DNA of 63,998 nt, filler included, from Thelocarpon superellum (lineage: Eukaryota), in assembly GCA_026025795.1 (NCBI GenBank). It is 5 parts of 5 records of this genome, joined end to end, with 100 filler letters (N's around TTAATTAATTAA, not from the genome) between each part and the next. Parts side by side here need not be neighbours in the genome. Positions count along the whole stretch, not along the records: positions 1 to 13,356 come from JAPEUG010000460.1; positions 13,457 to 26,570 come from JAPEUG010000462.1; 3 more parts are not named here. The stretch is one strand, 5' to 3'. Below are positions 12,168-23,964 of this stretch, in pieces. Numbering within the stretch: the stretch's first letter is position 1; each line of letters starts with the position of its first letter. The notes under the pieces are model-generated. The model saw only the letters and a program-made list of their open reading frames with translations, was not told the DNA's origin and made no database searches. Both the position numbers and the translations under genes were made by a program.

Positions 12168-13229
12168 GGGAGAGGAGGGGAGGAGGGGAGGAGGGGAGGA
12201 GGGGAGGAGAGGGAGATAGCGATGCTGCGGACTTGGTGAGGGGGAAAGTCGGGTGGAATCAAGTTAGCGCATACATACATAGCATGGAGGAAGAGACGAG
12301 GCGAGGCGAAACGTGCTCCAGAACAGTTGAAGTCGCCAATTTGAAACCGCCACTTGCAATGGGAAAACCTTCGTCACGTCCCACCTGCCATGTCCGGTCG
12401 CGATGTAGGAGCACAAAAAAATGGCATCGCGTCCCATGGACCCCTGCCACAGGCCCATGGTCCGGTAGTCGGCGGTGTCGTGGCGCGTCGCGTGATCCAC
12501 ATTAGCCGTCAGTTTCCCCATCAATGCTGCTCCTACGACAGCCGAACGGTCGTGTAGATGAATCGTGGACTCCGATGTGTCGAGAGCCTGTTGTGGCTGC
12601 AACGGGCACTAACGAGCGCTCTGTTCTCACCTCTGATCAGGTAGTCGAGGCTTCTGACTGGCCATATTCGTGCAAGTTTTGTACGTTTCCCCGCCATCCT
12701 TCAACCCAGACGCAAAGCCACGGCAGGTACCTGACGGAACGACTGCATGCCTGATGAGTAAATGTGAAGAAGGAGCGGTCTGATCCATGGCTGGCGACGC
12801 TCCTCGGTGGAATTCACGGTAGCGACGAAGGCGGAATACTCCAGTGTGGGGTTACCCGACATTGTTGGCTCGCGGGCGTAGAGGCGGGGCGGTGAAGCGC
12901 GCCGACCGGCTCCACAGTCCGCGTTCGAATCTCTCTCTTGGGAATGGGTCGGGCGCGATGCAGGAAACAATGAAGGGTTGCGAGGCTTAAAGGTGGTGCT
13001 TTCGCGCTCGCGCGCAAGTCGGCAAGGGCCGACAGGGTCGGTCAGGCATAATGTCGCGTTCCATTTAGGCGGCATGGTCTAGAACATTGATTCAGAAAGT
13101 CGACGACTCGACCGGTCCGACCTGGTCGACGCTGCTCTGCGTCTCTGAGGCATGTACGCGATCGACCGATCTGATCATCTGGCGAGGCTCGCGTTCACGG
13201 AAGTCATGTACACCCGGACCCTGGGCAGT

Positions 13230-13356
13230 TAACAGTATCCACCTAGAAACCGGCCACACCTAGAAACCGGCTACTTTTCTCTCGACCCTACCTCCACGAT
13301 CAGCCACAACTCCACCACCACAACTGCTACTTATCAACCCTTAGAGATGTAAGTAG
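13230..13356 (+). mobile_element. Probable end (TIR) of a Fot1/pogo-type Tc1-mariner DNA transposon, truncated by the contig end
   Basis: TA followed by ACAGTATCCACCTAGAAACCGGCCACACCTAGAAACCGGCTAC, a 17-bp-period internal direct repeat like the TIR layout of fungal Fot1-family elements. The contig breaks inside it. Confidence 0.6.
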
Positions 13357-13456
13357 NNNNNNNNNNNNNNNNNNNNNNNNNNNNNNNNNNNNNNNNNNNN
13401 TTAATTAATTAANNNNNNNNNNNNNNNNNNNNNNNNNNNNNNNNNNNNNNNNNNNN
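13357..13456. other. Artificial contig linker N44-TTAATTAATTAA-N44
   Basis: Exactly 100 bp, all-frame stop core, identical at four positions. Confidence 0.97.
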
Positions 13457-13499
13457 CCCTTTTACCCCGCGCTCCATGCTAACGGCCCACGGCCCCCAG

Positions 13500-15648
13500 C
13501 CCACTCCGGGTGAGCGACTTGATCGGCCCGCTGACGCCTCCGATGTCTCCCGCCGCGGACGCGAAGCAATGGATGCCGCTAGCGGGAAGCTCGTCGGCTG
13601 GGCTGCTCGCGCTGTCCTCGATGGCGGGACTGCTGCTCACCATCGACGCCCACCATTCCATCAAATTCACCAGGTGCCTGTCCTCCGACGGTTGTCCTGA
13701 CCTCGCTGCTCCACCTGTTGAATTGGTGGCCCACAGTGGTCCGGTCCTGGGGGTGAAACTCCTGGCTCAGCCCAACGAGTGGAACGCCGCCTTCTTCACC
13801 TGGTCGTCGGATGGCGCCATCCGCTTCTGGGACATGGATGGCAAGGTTCGGGGTCGGATGGACGTGGCATTGGAGCAACTGCCGACGCAGGACGAAGAAG
13901 CCATCAACGAGCTGCGCGTGATGCAAGCCTCTCCTCGGGGCGACTTCGTCGTGACGGGCGATAGGTGCGGCGTCCTCCGGTAAGAAGTGCGCCACTCTTG
14001 GCGGGAGATCCAGGCTCACGTGTGGCGCAGGGTGATCGAGACGCCCTCCTTGAGGACAGTGTATGAGGTGAAAGCGCACCATGGGGAGATCCTGGACGTG
14101 ACGGTGCTGTCGGACCCCTGGCCGCTGCTCGCCACTTCGGGCCGGGATCGAGTCGTCCAGCTCTTCCGACGAGAGCGAGAGACGTGGTCGCTGGTGCAAA
14201 CGCTCAACGAGCACAGCGCGAGCGTCGGTGGGGTGCTGTTTACCGCCCTGGGCGACAAGCTGCTGTCGTGCTCGGGCGATCGGACGATCGTCATCCGGGA
14301 CCTCGCATCGAAAAGCGAGGGCGAGGCGACGCAGATCGCCTATCTCCCCGTGCGGACCATCGCGCTGAAGTCGGCCCCCGTCTCCATGACCATTGCGCCG
14401 GAGATGCCAGATACGCTGATCCTGTCGTGTTTGGACCGGGCGGTGCAGGAATTTGACCTACCGACAGCACGTCAGCTGTTGTCCTACCGGACCGGCGACC
14501 AGGACGGCAATGACGCGGTGGTGCTGGACGCGCTGACGGTGGCCAAAGTGGAGCCGCTGCGGCATCCTCCGAGCCCCGTGGCCGGCCCGGCCGCGATGGT
14601 GGCGGGGGTGTCCTCGACGGACAAATCGATCCGCCTCTATGATCGGATGGGCACGCTGCTGGCGCGGGAATGGGGACACACCGAGGGCGTCACGTCGCTG
14701 GCGTGCGTCGAAGGACCCGAGCGAACAGTGTTGATCAGCACGGGGACCGACGCGACCATCATGATCTGGGAGTGGATCTCGGACGGATCGAGCAAGCTCG
14801 ATGACGTGGTCGACGACTGGTCGCGCGAGGCATCGCCGCCGAAAGAGGCCACGGCGGCACGGCCACCGTTGCGTCGCGTGCTGTCCAAAGCCGAACTGTC
14901 GGACTTTCGCCGCCCATCCGACCCCGAGCCCAACAGCCCCTTGTCCACGCCGCGACGCATGCCGTCCCCCACGCGTTCCCTCCGCAAGAAGCCCTCCAAG
15001 TATGCGCTCCGTGCGGGGGCGCCCACCAACTCCCTCTCGATCGCCAGCCGATCCTACACGTCGCCGGTGCTGGAGCCGGACGACCCGGCAGCCTTCAAGC
15101 ACTCCTTCCGCGAGCGATCCCCCAGCCCGCAGAGCCCACGGCAGCCGCATCGAACGCTGGACAAGCAGCGCAAGGCGTCCCTGGACACCTTGACCCGATC
15201 ACGCGCCAAGAGCGCAGGCCCCGCCAACGAGTTCGGTAGCGTCAACATGTCGACGGAGCAAGTGTGCCGCACGCTGCGCGCCTACCGCAAGAAGCTCGGG
15301 CCGTCGTCGGAGCCGCTCCGGCCGGAGAATGTGCGCGCGCTCGAGCGCGAACTGGGGCTCACGATCAAAGCGCTGGGCGAGAAGGTGGTCAAGACCGAGG
15401 CGGTGAATGACGAAGAGGCCCTGGTCAAGCTGCTGGACCAGTACTCGGCGCGTCTGGTGGACCTGATTGATCGGAAGATTTCCGGGACGGGAACGGCGTC
15501 GCCCAGCACCAAGAAGAGCACCGATGACGACTCCTCGCCTACCCCCACCGCCGCCATCTCTCCGATTCTCGAGGAGAAGGAGCGCGGAAGGGTCGTGAGC
15601 GCGAGTCGACGGGGATCTGCTCCGTTGGAGACGCTGGGAGAGGGGTGA
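13500..15648 (+). CDS. WD40-repeat protein (WDR62/MAPKBP1-like fungal family), 5'-truncated by the contig start
   Basis: WD repeats (AHSGPV..FWD, AHHGEI..SGRDRVVQLF, EHSASV..SCSGDRTI, GHTEGVTSL..WEW) and a C-terminal STEQVCRTLRAYRKKL coiled region; intron at about 13980-14030. Confidence 0.8.
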
Positions 15649-15915
15649 CGTGGTCGGACCTTCCGAAGTATGCTGGTGTTGGCGATGGCGATGGCAATGA
15701 CGTTTGGTGGAGGGGGTCCAGGGATGGATGGATGGACGGACGGATGGGGTGGTTGGAAGGCAGGGACGGACAGCGCAGGACGCCGGCCCTGGGTGCGAAT
15801 CACATCTCTACCTCGTGCCTATACGCATCTCTCCTACGCCCTTGACGCGGACGGATATATCTCATCCTCGTAGTCGTACGATGGTGCTGCGATCGCTAGA
15901 CGCGCGTGACAAGGC

Positions 15916-16824
15916 CTACAGTATTCGCTCGCCCAGCGTCGGGGCCGGCTCCGTTTCCGCCCCTGGGTCCCATTCTTCTCCGCTCTCTCGCGCTCCATCC
16001 CTGGGTCCCGACGACGGTGTCCGCCGCCGGTCCATTCCCGTGCATTGGTCCGACGAGCGATGTCCGGATTGCCTCGCTCTCCCTCCACTCTGGCGGCCCC
16101 GACCAATGCCCATGTCGCGCCACTTTTTGGGCGGCTTGACGCCCAACTCCACCATGTTGGACCAGATCTTCTCGCCGCGCTTACTCCAGCGCTCGCGGCG
16201 GGCCGTCTCCTCGTCGTCGCTCGGTCGCCAGCGGCTCTTCAGAATGCGTCGGATGGCTTCGGCCGAGACGCCGAATCTGGCCGCCAGCACGGGCGTGGGG
16301 TACTCGTCGGGATATTGCGCGTGCAGCGCTCGGATCCCCGACAGCGCATCCGGCGAGAGGCGCTTCCTGGGTGCCCAGCCGGACGGGCCAAGTTTCTGCT
16401 GTAGGGCGGCTTTTTGGATCTGCCATTCTGCCTTGGGATGCGGGGCGGCCAGGGACGAGAGACTCTTGGTGGGTGCGGGAGTAGGGGCGGTGTCTCGTGG
16501 GAGGGGTATGTTGCTCTCTGCAGCTATTTCGGCGGCTAGGGCTTCGATGTTGTCGAGCGAAAGGTCGACGACTGCGTCCGACCGAAGCGTTGGGTCGATG
16601 TCGCTTCGAAGCGTGCTCACAGAACCGTGTCCTGGGAGCCGAGTACCTGCCTGCTCTGCCGGAGTCGAGCTGGTAGCTGGAGGTGCTCGCCCAGTCTCAT
16701 GAAGTCGACGAGCAGGTGGTTGGAGGGTTCGGCGTGGAAGACGAAGGTCACTCCTTGCCCGCCGTGAAAGGACGTCGCCGAGGAACCGATGCAGGATGCG
16801 GGTGGAGCAAGATGAGCAGAACAT
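15916..16824 (-). CDS. RRG9: Required for respiratory growth protein 9 (neugrin family), mitochondrial
   Basis: WQIQKAAL..GWAPRKRLSPDALSGIRALH..PVLAARFGVSAEAIRRILKSRW..RGEKIW; likely start MFCSSC. Confidence 0.88.
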   Translation of the reverse strand: MFCSSCSTRILHRFLGDVLSRRARSDLRLPRRTLQPPARRLHETGRAPPATSSTPAEQAGTRLPGHGSVSTLRSDIDPTLRSDAVVDLSLDNIEALAAEIAAESNIPLPRDTAPTPAPTKSLSSLAAPHPKAEWQIQKAALQQKLGPSGWAPRKRLSPDALSGIRALHAQYPDEYPTPVLAARFGVSAEAIRRILKSRWRPSDDEETARRERWSKRGEKIWSNMVELGVKPPKKWRDMGIGRGRQSGGRARQSGHRSSDQCTGMDRRRTPSSGPRDGARESGEEWDPGAETEPAPTLGERIL

Positions 16825-16847
16825 GGTCAACGTGAACCTCGTACCCA

Positions 16848-16887
16848 CATGAGCATGAGCATGAGCATGAGCATGAGCTCGAGCATG
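16848..16887. repeat. (CATGAG)n microsatellite upstream of RRG9
   Basis: About 5-6 tandem CATGAG units. Confidence 0.85.
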
Positions 16888-17213
16888 GAGAGTGGCGGTG
16901 AGGGATCCTGTCACGCCGTGAAGTTCTTCATCGAGCTCGAGACGAGATGGCCTGGACTACGGACGTCATCCCCGCCGTAGTGGCAATTGACAGCCGGTCA
17001 CTCCTGGCACGACAGCTGATGACGGACACTGACACTGACCTTGACCTTGACACCCGACGCCCCAACTGCCCATTCCACCCATGCCGACGTGCTATCCGAC
17101 GTGACTGCGATCTAGACCCTGCGACTAGGATGAGACTCCCACACATGACACCTATCTCATGGTGATCCCTCAAGACCTGGTGGAGGTCCGCGTCCGCCAC
17201 CTCCCGGTCCGCC

Positions 17214-20202
17214 ATGCCGGCACCCGCCTCGAGCATCCGCGCATTCGTTCAATGGACCGACCAGACCGTCTATGCCGGCGAGGACATCCAGTGCAAGATC
17301 ACCTTCAAGAATGTCGCCCCAGCGCCGGGAGGGCCCAAGGCGGCAACGTCCGTTCCCAAAGCAAATGGCTTTGCGCCAGGCGGAGAACGACAGCGCAAGA
17401 CTCTTCCGTTGCAGAGTGCCCCAACGACCAGTCGTAGCACGCCCGTGCACCCCCCGCGATCGCCAGTTCCTGGTCCTTCTCATCGCCAAAGCTTGTCGCT
17501 CAATGGTCCATTTGGAGGAAGTCGGTCATTCCCCAGCGGAGGAGGCGGCACGGCCAGCAAAGGTCGGGCGCCCGCTCCGGGCCACAAACACCGGAGGTCC
17601 ATCTCGATCGTGTCCTTGGGCAGCGACGAAGGAGCGCAGACCCAGAACATGGCCAATGCCGCACGGAGGCCACTGCACGCTCATGGACGATCCGCCAGCC
17701 TCCAGGTCGTTCCTCGACGCGCGCCGGCCATGAACGGCAGCGCGATGCCCGGTACGTTGTTGGTGGGACATACACGATGGCGAGAATGATGCTGATGCTG
17801 ATGCTGCTGTCACAGGCCACCGCGCCGCGACGCAACCATCACACCAATTCCACTCCTCCACCCCCCCTACCATCTCCGAACACCCGGACTTTGCCTTTCT
17901 TCCATCCGCATCTCGACGGAGTTCCGCCGCCTTGTCGACTGCCCCTACCGCACGACCTACACACGGGCCGCGACAGGCGTCCGGATCATTATCACAGACC
18001 TGGCAATTCCCGTCCGCATCGTCCCAGAACCTGTCTCCCCGGGCGTCATCGACGAATCTGTCAGGGTCGAGAAGCGGCCCTCCGTCGAAAGCGTCGGATG
18101 ATGGATCGAGCCACCCCGAGCTCCTGACACCATCCGCCAAGCTAATCTCCGGCTCGAGCGTCAACGGTGGCACACCGCGGAGTAGTGGTGAATTCTACTC
18201 GGTGAGCAACAACTCGACGGAGACGCTGGCCTCGGACTATGTGTCGCAGGTGTCCAATCGATGGCTTCAACGGCCAGTACACGCCCGACGAGCGTCACAT
18301 CTCTCCAGCTCTACTGCGCCCAAGCCACCCGAAAGCCTCATGATGGGGTACGCCCAGATCGTGGGCTCGTTCACGCTGGACGGGTCCTTGGTCAATCAAG
18401 CCCCCTTTGAAGAGATCAAACGGAGGAGCGTCGTGGGTGGACAAGCGGGCGGCGGCGTGGTGGGAGTCGAGAACAAGGCGGAGTCGGGGTTGTTTGGCGC
18501 GCTTGGGTGGAGCAACATCGGAGAGTCTCTGGGAGGCTTGCTGGGCGTGGGTGAACTCAGCAGCATCCGGGAGATGCGGGGCATCGCCAGCTCCAAGACG
18601 ATTCCTTTGCTTTCCACGCCGCAGTCCATCTTGTTCGTCGACCTCCAACTCGGTCCAGGCGAGAGCAAGTCATACCGCTACACCTTCCCATTACCACGAG
18701 GACTACCGCCGAGCCATCGAGGAAAGGCGATCAAGGTCTCGTACAATCTCGTCATCGGGACGCAACGTCCGGCGACAGCCACGGAACCGCAGCAACTGCG
18801 ACATGTGGAGGTGCCCTTTCGGGTGTTGGCAGGGGTGGATGAACAGGGCGAGATCCTAGGACACGATCTCATGTCACCGCATGTGCTCCTGACCGATCGA
18901 GCGCGGACCGTCAGCGTCGACACGTCACCTCCTCCCGAACGGCAGGCCAGGAGATCCAAGCGGGTCCACGCGTCGCAACACGACTTCAAGTCCTATGTGA
19001 CGGGGCTCCTGCGCGGAGCTAGTGAAGACCCAGACTCCACACCCCTCTCACCCACCGAACGCACTCTCCATCCAGTGGCCTCGTTCAATGACGACACGCG
19101 ACCGCGAAGCGCCAAAGAAGCCATCGATCTCGCCATCCTCCGCAGCAACGCACGCAACAACGTCGACGACCTCAGCACGAACCGGTTCGAGATCGCGCGC
19201 AACGGGCGGCGCGTGGCCGTGCTCCTGCTCGCCCGACCCGCCTACCGCCTCGGCGAAACCATCATGGCGATCTTGGATTTCTCTGGCGCCGCCATCCCCA
19301 CGTACGCGGTGCACGCGTCGTTGGAAACGGAGGAGAAGGTGGACGCGGCGATTGCATTACGATCAGGCTCGAGCATCGCACGGGTGACGCGCAAGGTCCA
19401 CGCGCACCATTCGGAAAACACCTTGTACGCTCGCCGCATCGTCTTCACCCCCACCATCCCATTGAGCGCCACGCCGGACTTTGTCACCAGCGGCGTGGCG
19501 CTGGAGTGGAAGCTGCGTGTGGAATTCGTCACGCCGCGGATGCGGCTTTCCGAGCCGGAGCAAGATGTGGAGGGAGGGGATGATAATGAGGAAGACGAAG
19601 AAGGGGACGAGGGGGCGCAAGACCCCTTGACGACCGCCGCATCCACGCCCACCACCGAAACGACAGGGGCAGGGATGGGAAGTAACCCACCCAGTCCGCT
19701 CGCGCCCCTCCTCAGCTACCCGACGACAGCAGCGAGCAATCGTCCACGCACACCCAAAAGCAAGAACCGATTCCGGCTGTCGCTCCCTCTCCCACTGACA
19801 GGACGAAACGTCTCGCCGCCTCTACATTCGCACCCCTCTCATCCACCCACCTCCCACCTTTCCCCGCCCTCGTCGAAGTCCACGCGAGCTCTTCCCTCTG
19901 GCACCTCCCCGTCCATCCCGGCAAGTCGCAAAGGTAGCACCGCCACCTTCAACTCTACTTCCCGTCCGACCTCCTCCCCCAATCCGCCCAACGCACTCTT
20001 GGAAGAAACGAGCTCAGATGACCGCGCACGGATCTACGTGGCCTTGCAGAGTCTGCAGGTCGAAGAGAGCTTTGATGTCGGTATTAGAATCAGGGTGTTT
20101 GGTTCCTCCTCTTCTGGCAGTGCGGGGGGCGGCGTAACCGATGGGGGAGAGAAGGGCGGAGCAGGACATACAGGAGAAGAGGATGGTGGGTTGGCCGTTT
20201 GA
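17214..20202 (+). CDS. RGP1: Rgp1-family protein (Ric1-Rgp1 GEF subunit)
   Basis: N-terminal IRAFVQWTDQTVYAGEDIQCKITFKN; LMMGYAQIVGSF, PLLSTPQSILFVDL, LPPSHRGKAIKVSY, AYRLGETI, TPDFVTSGVALEWKLRVEFV; one intron near 17752-17815. Confidence 0.88.
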
Positions 20203-20323
20203 GGAGGTTCATTTACATTCACCTACCCATCTATCCATCTATCCATCTAACTATGTATCCATGTGGAACATTCCATCATATGCTCCCTTCATTCCTAATC
20301 CCTTCAAAGCAACCAGGCATACA

Positions 20324-20400
20324 TACACACGCACCTACACACGCACCTACACACGCACCTACATACGCACCTACATACGCACCTACATACGCATATACAT
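20324..20400. repeat. 12-bp minisatellite TACA(C/T)ACGCACC, about 6 units
   Basis: Tandem units visible downstream of RGP1. Confidence 0.85.
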
Positions 20401-20695
20401 CCGGGCCCACACGCCCTCATGCGGCCGAGGACTCCGACACGACGAAGCACGACGGAGCATGACGAAGCAGAGGAAGAGGAGACGACGGGTGCACGCTGCG
20501 GTCCGCGGTCCGACGCACGCGGCCGAGATTGCGTTTCGTCTCCTGCCTGCCCCTCTCCCTCGAATGCAATAAGAGCTGCTGTCTTCCTCGCCTCAAGCCG
20601 CGAGAGAAGGAGACGAGTGCGGTCGTGGTGCAGACCTGGACCGATGTGGCGGCGGGCGCTGGTCCCGTCACGCCGGCGTCGTCTGGCCTGCCTTT

Positions 20696-20725
20696 GAGGA
20701 GGAGGAGGAGGAGGAGGAGGAGGAG
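20696..20725. repeat. (GGA)n microsatellite
   Basis: About 9-10 GGA units. Confidence 0.85.
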
Positions 20726-21130
20726 ATTGAAGGAGTTAGGGGCCTCCTTTGAATGATACCGCCACGGTGGCCGTCGTCGCGGTGGTGGTGGTGGGGTCTC
20801 TGGATTGATAGTCTGCACGCGCAAGATGATGGATAATGCGTCAGTTAGTGCCCCGAGGTCGTCGGCGATGGGGACGGCCAGCGCAGCGGCTAAGAAGCGC
20901 GCCGGTTGGGCTTGGCTCCGAGTCTGTCGTGTGCATCGTGGCTTTGGCTGTGCTCTTTCCCGTTGCTGGGCTTGTCTGATCACACTGGATGGGGAGGTGT
21001 GAGTGTTGAGGTCATGCGAACAGTGCATTCTTATGTGTACATGTCTTCTATACTCCCATATCCACCTCTTCCACCCTCGACCCGTCCTTCCTGTCCCACG
21101 TCTATCCTCCCCTGCAGTGGAGCATCTACC

Positions 21131-22013
21131 TCATAGAGTGTCCGTCAAGAGTTTGTTCATCTTGACAATCTTGGAGGATACGCTAAGATCAATGGTCCGG
21201 TCGCCAATCTCCACCACTAGACCTCCGAGGACTTCCGGGTTGATCTTTTCGTCGTCAGCGTTTCCGGCACAAGGCCACATGTTTGGACTGGATCATCTAC
21301 CTTGTTCGTCACCTTCAGCCTCTTCCCTTGTCCGACATACTCCGATTTAGCCACGGCTGATTCCAGACGAGAGAGGGTTCGAGCATCCAGAGCCTGTAGA
21401 CATTCCGTTAGCCATCGTCCACGGCATTCGACCCGGCGAACCGGAACCCACAGCAGCACTCGTGACGGTCAGTTCAATCTCGCCCCGAAATGCGCCCATG
21501 AGAGCCTCAAACTTCTCACACACGCTCGGTAAGATCCCGAGGCGGTTGTTGTCGGCCAGGGTGTTGAGGAAGTTCTTGACCGTGTCGCCCTTGTCGCCCG
21601 CTCCGCCCGTATGTTTCAGCAACTCCGCGATGATCTTGGCCTTGTCGCCCGAGTTTAACGTTGGCGCCGACAGGATCGTAGGGAGCTTGGCGTCCCGCTT
21701 GAAGATCTCACGTAGACTGCTGAGTGCTCGGGCGGTGGAGTCCAGTGATGACGACTTGGCGGCTGCAGTATACTACAAATCACTTCGTTAGGGCTGGATC
21801 CATCCGCCAAAGAGTCCCTGAAGATCGCTCAAGGACAACGGAGTCACCTACCAAAGCACTGGCATACGTGCCATCAATGCCAAACAGAGCCACGGGCGGC
21901 TTGGTCGAAGCCGACGAAACCTGTGCGTAGGACCGGGCTGCGTTGACGGCCATTGCAGGACCGGCACGGACGCCAATCGTTCTCGACGTGATATCGCGAG
22001 AGGCGGACAGCAT
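21131..22013 (-). CDS. ATP5: ATP synthase subunit 5 (OSCP), multi-exon
   Basis: KPPVALFGIDGTYASAL, VKNFLNTLADNNRLG, GEIELTVTSA, GGLVVEIGDRTIDLSVSSKIVKMNKLLTDTL-stop. Confidence 0.95.
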
Positions 22014-22419
22014 CGCCCGCCTCGAGATGAAATGAGCGGGATGCATCTTGGCTGAGCGAGGATGAGTGCGTTCTGGTCGCGGTCGTGGTCGTGGTCCAAG
22101 ACAAGCCTGTCATGGAAAGTATGCACGACTGCCGAGCTGAAGGTTGAGATGGCTGTTGTCGGACCCGAGCCACCCACTCGCTAGAGATGAGATGTACACA
22201 ATCTCACCGTATTTCTCATCACATTGCTTCTCGCCCTCTCGCACTCCATTCCGGCATCCTCGCACAAGTCAGGTCAAGTTAAGCAACTACTGATTGCACT
22301 GCACGCCTACCAATACATAGTAAATGATCCTCATCCGTCGCCTGTCCGGCGATCCTTCCCCCGTAGTCTCGGCCACAGCTCGCAACTCCAAACGCCTCCA
22401 TGATCGACCTTGACCCTGT

Positions 22420-23455
22420 TCAATCATTCCTCAACATGTTGTCCACCAGGTCTACCAACGGTCCCCAGAAGTCCTTGCCACTGGCAAGCCCGTGCTCGTC
22501 GAGGAATAGCACGTAATGCTTGAAGCTGGTGTTGAGGTGTGGTTCAAGGCCAAGCTGGACAATGACCGGGTAGTGATGACAGTAGATGTGCGCATACACC
22601 CGGTAGAGACGCTTGAAGAGTTGACGGATCAAGGATGAGAAGGTCTTGGGGAAGGGGACTCCTATCGAACGCAGATTAGTTCGTTCGCTGACGACGGACA
22701 TCGTACCCACCAATCTTGCTGGGAAACATCTGCTCGTTGTCGATGTTCCCTTGAACCCAGCCCATCAGGTGTTCAACGTACACCGGCGCGGCCATCTTCT
22801 CCGGTCGCTTGTACCTCTCTGCATCTTGCCAGAGATACTCAAACCTGCCCAAGGTAAGACGGTGCCCTCACTTCCCCACGGAACCCTTACTCGTCCGTTG
22901 CCTTCATCTCCGGGCAAGTAATGGGAGAGCAGAACTCGGTGATGGAGCCATAGAGGAGGTTGATCTGATTGTAAAAGTCCACCACTGAAAGATCAGCCTC
23001 CCTCACCCTCAGAGACGCAGCGTGCCCTCACCATTGACAGCCAGCCACTCATTCAGGTCCTCGCCCTCTGGTAGCTTGACTGCTTTTCGCAAGCTCCCGC
23101 TCCCGAGCGTTGCCTCGGCAAACTGTCGCAATTGATAGCTGCTCGTCCCCTTGTTGGCGTTGCGGGGCTTGAACGGGCCCCTCGTCCGCGCATTACTGTT
23201 CAACGCATTATGTGAGCCCACAGAGCCTCGGAATGAATCGACTGGAGGGAAGGAGTCCGTTGGTCTCAGAGAGGCAGATTCCATTCGCGGGCAGAAATCA
23301 AGTCGTTTCCGGGATGCAGGGAAGAGATGAAACACATCGTGGGGGCTTCCGACGAGCGGAGCTGCCACTGCGGGAAAGGGAAGAGAATGATGCTCGTGAG
23401 CGGCCCACGGCGAAGGAGAGCGTGGCACTGACATGGTGGTGATGAAGGACGTCAT
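22420..23455 (-). CDS. MOB1: Mob1 kinase activator, multi-exon
   Basis: [64 protein letters not shown]. Confidence 0.95.
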
Positions 23456-23964
23456 GGTGACCGGGAGGTCTCTCGGCTCTCGTGAAAATGCGCTCTGGCA
23501 TTCTTCAGGTCAGCAGGATCCTCGTCGAGGGATGGCAGCCGGTCGTACCGTGGTGAGCCAGGTGGGTGGTTGCGGGCGGTAATGAATTATGAGAGACGGC
23601 CTTCCACGAACGAGTCTTCGAAGGTCCTGGTGGTCCTGGTGCAATCAAAGTCGATTCGATCGAGAGGTCATCTGGCGTGTAGCATGCTCGCGGCTTTGGT
23701 GGGGCAAACGTTTGTTTACTCGGACTCAGGCGAGCTCGCCTGGCTTAGTCATCCGTTGCGATGCCTGATCCCAGACGCGCGACAAAGTAGTCGCACGAGT
23801 ACGCAACACCGCCCGCACCCTTCACCCCACATCTCACCGGCGAGAGACTCGCGAGAAGTCCGAGTGCTAGAGTTGACCGGCTCATAGCACATCCTGCGGT
23901 TGCCATAGTTAAGCAGTGCTTGCAAGTAGCCACAAGTACACGCTTGGTGCGCAAGCTCTCTCCA

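Noticed and set aside
12168..12217. Polypurine (GGGGAGGA)n tract after the SFB3 stop
   Set aside because: Simple low-complexity repeat with nothing pointing to a specific function.
12866..12940. tRNA (GTTCGAATC B-box)
   Set aside because: No T-stem or acceptor-stem pairing.
13401..13412. TTAATTAATTAA as a biological periodic motif
   Set aside because: Always centred in N44 flanks with 100 bp total; an assembly spacer.
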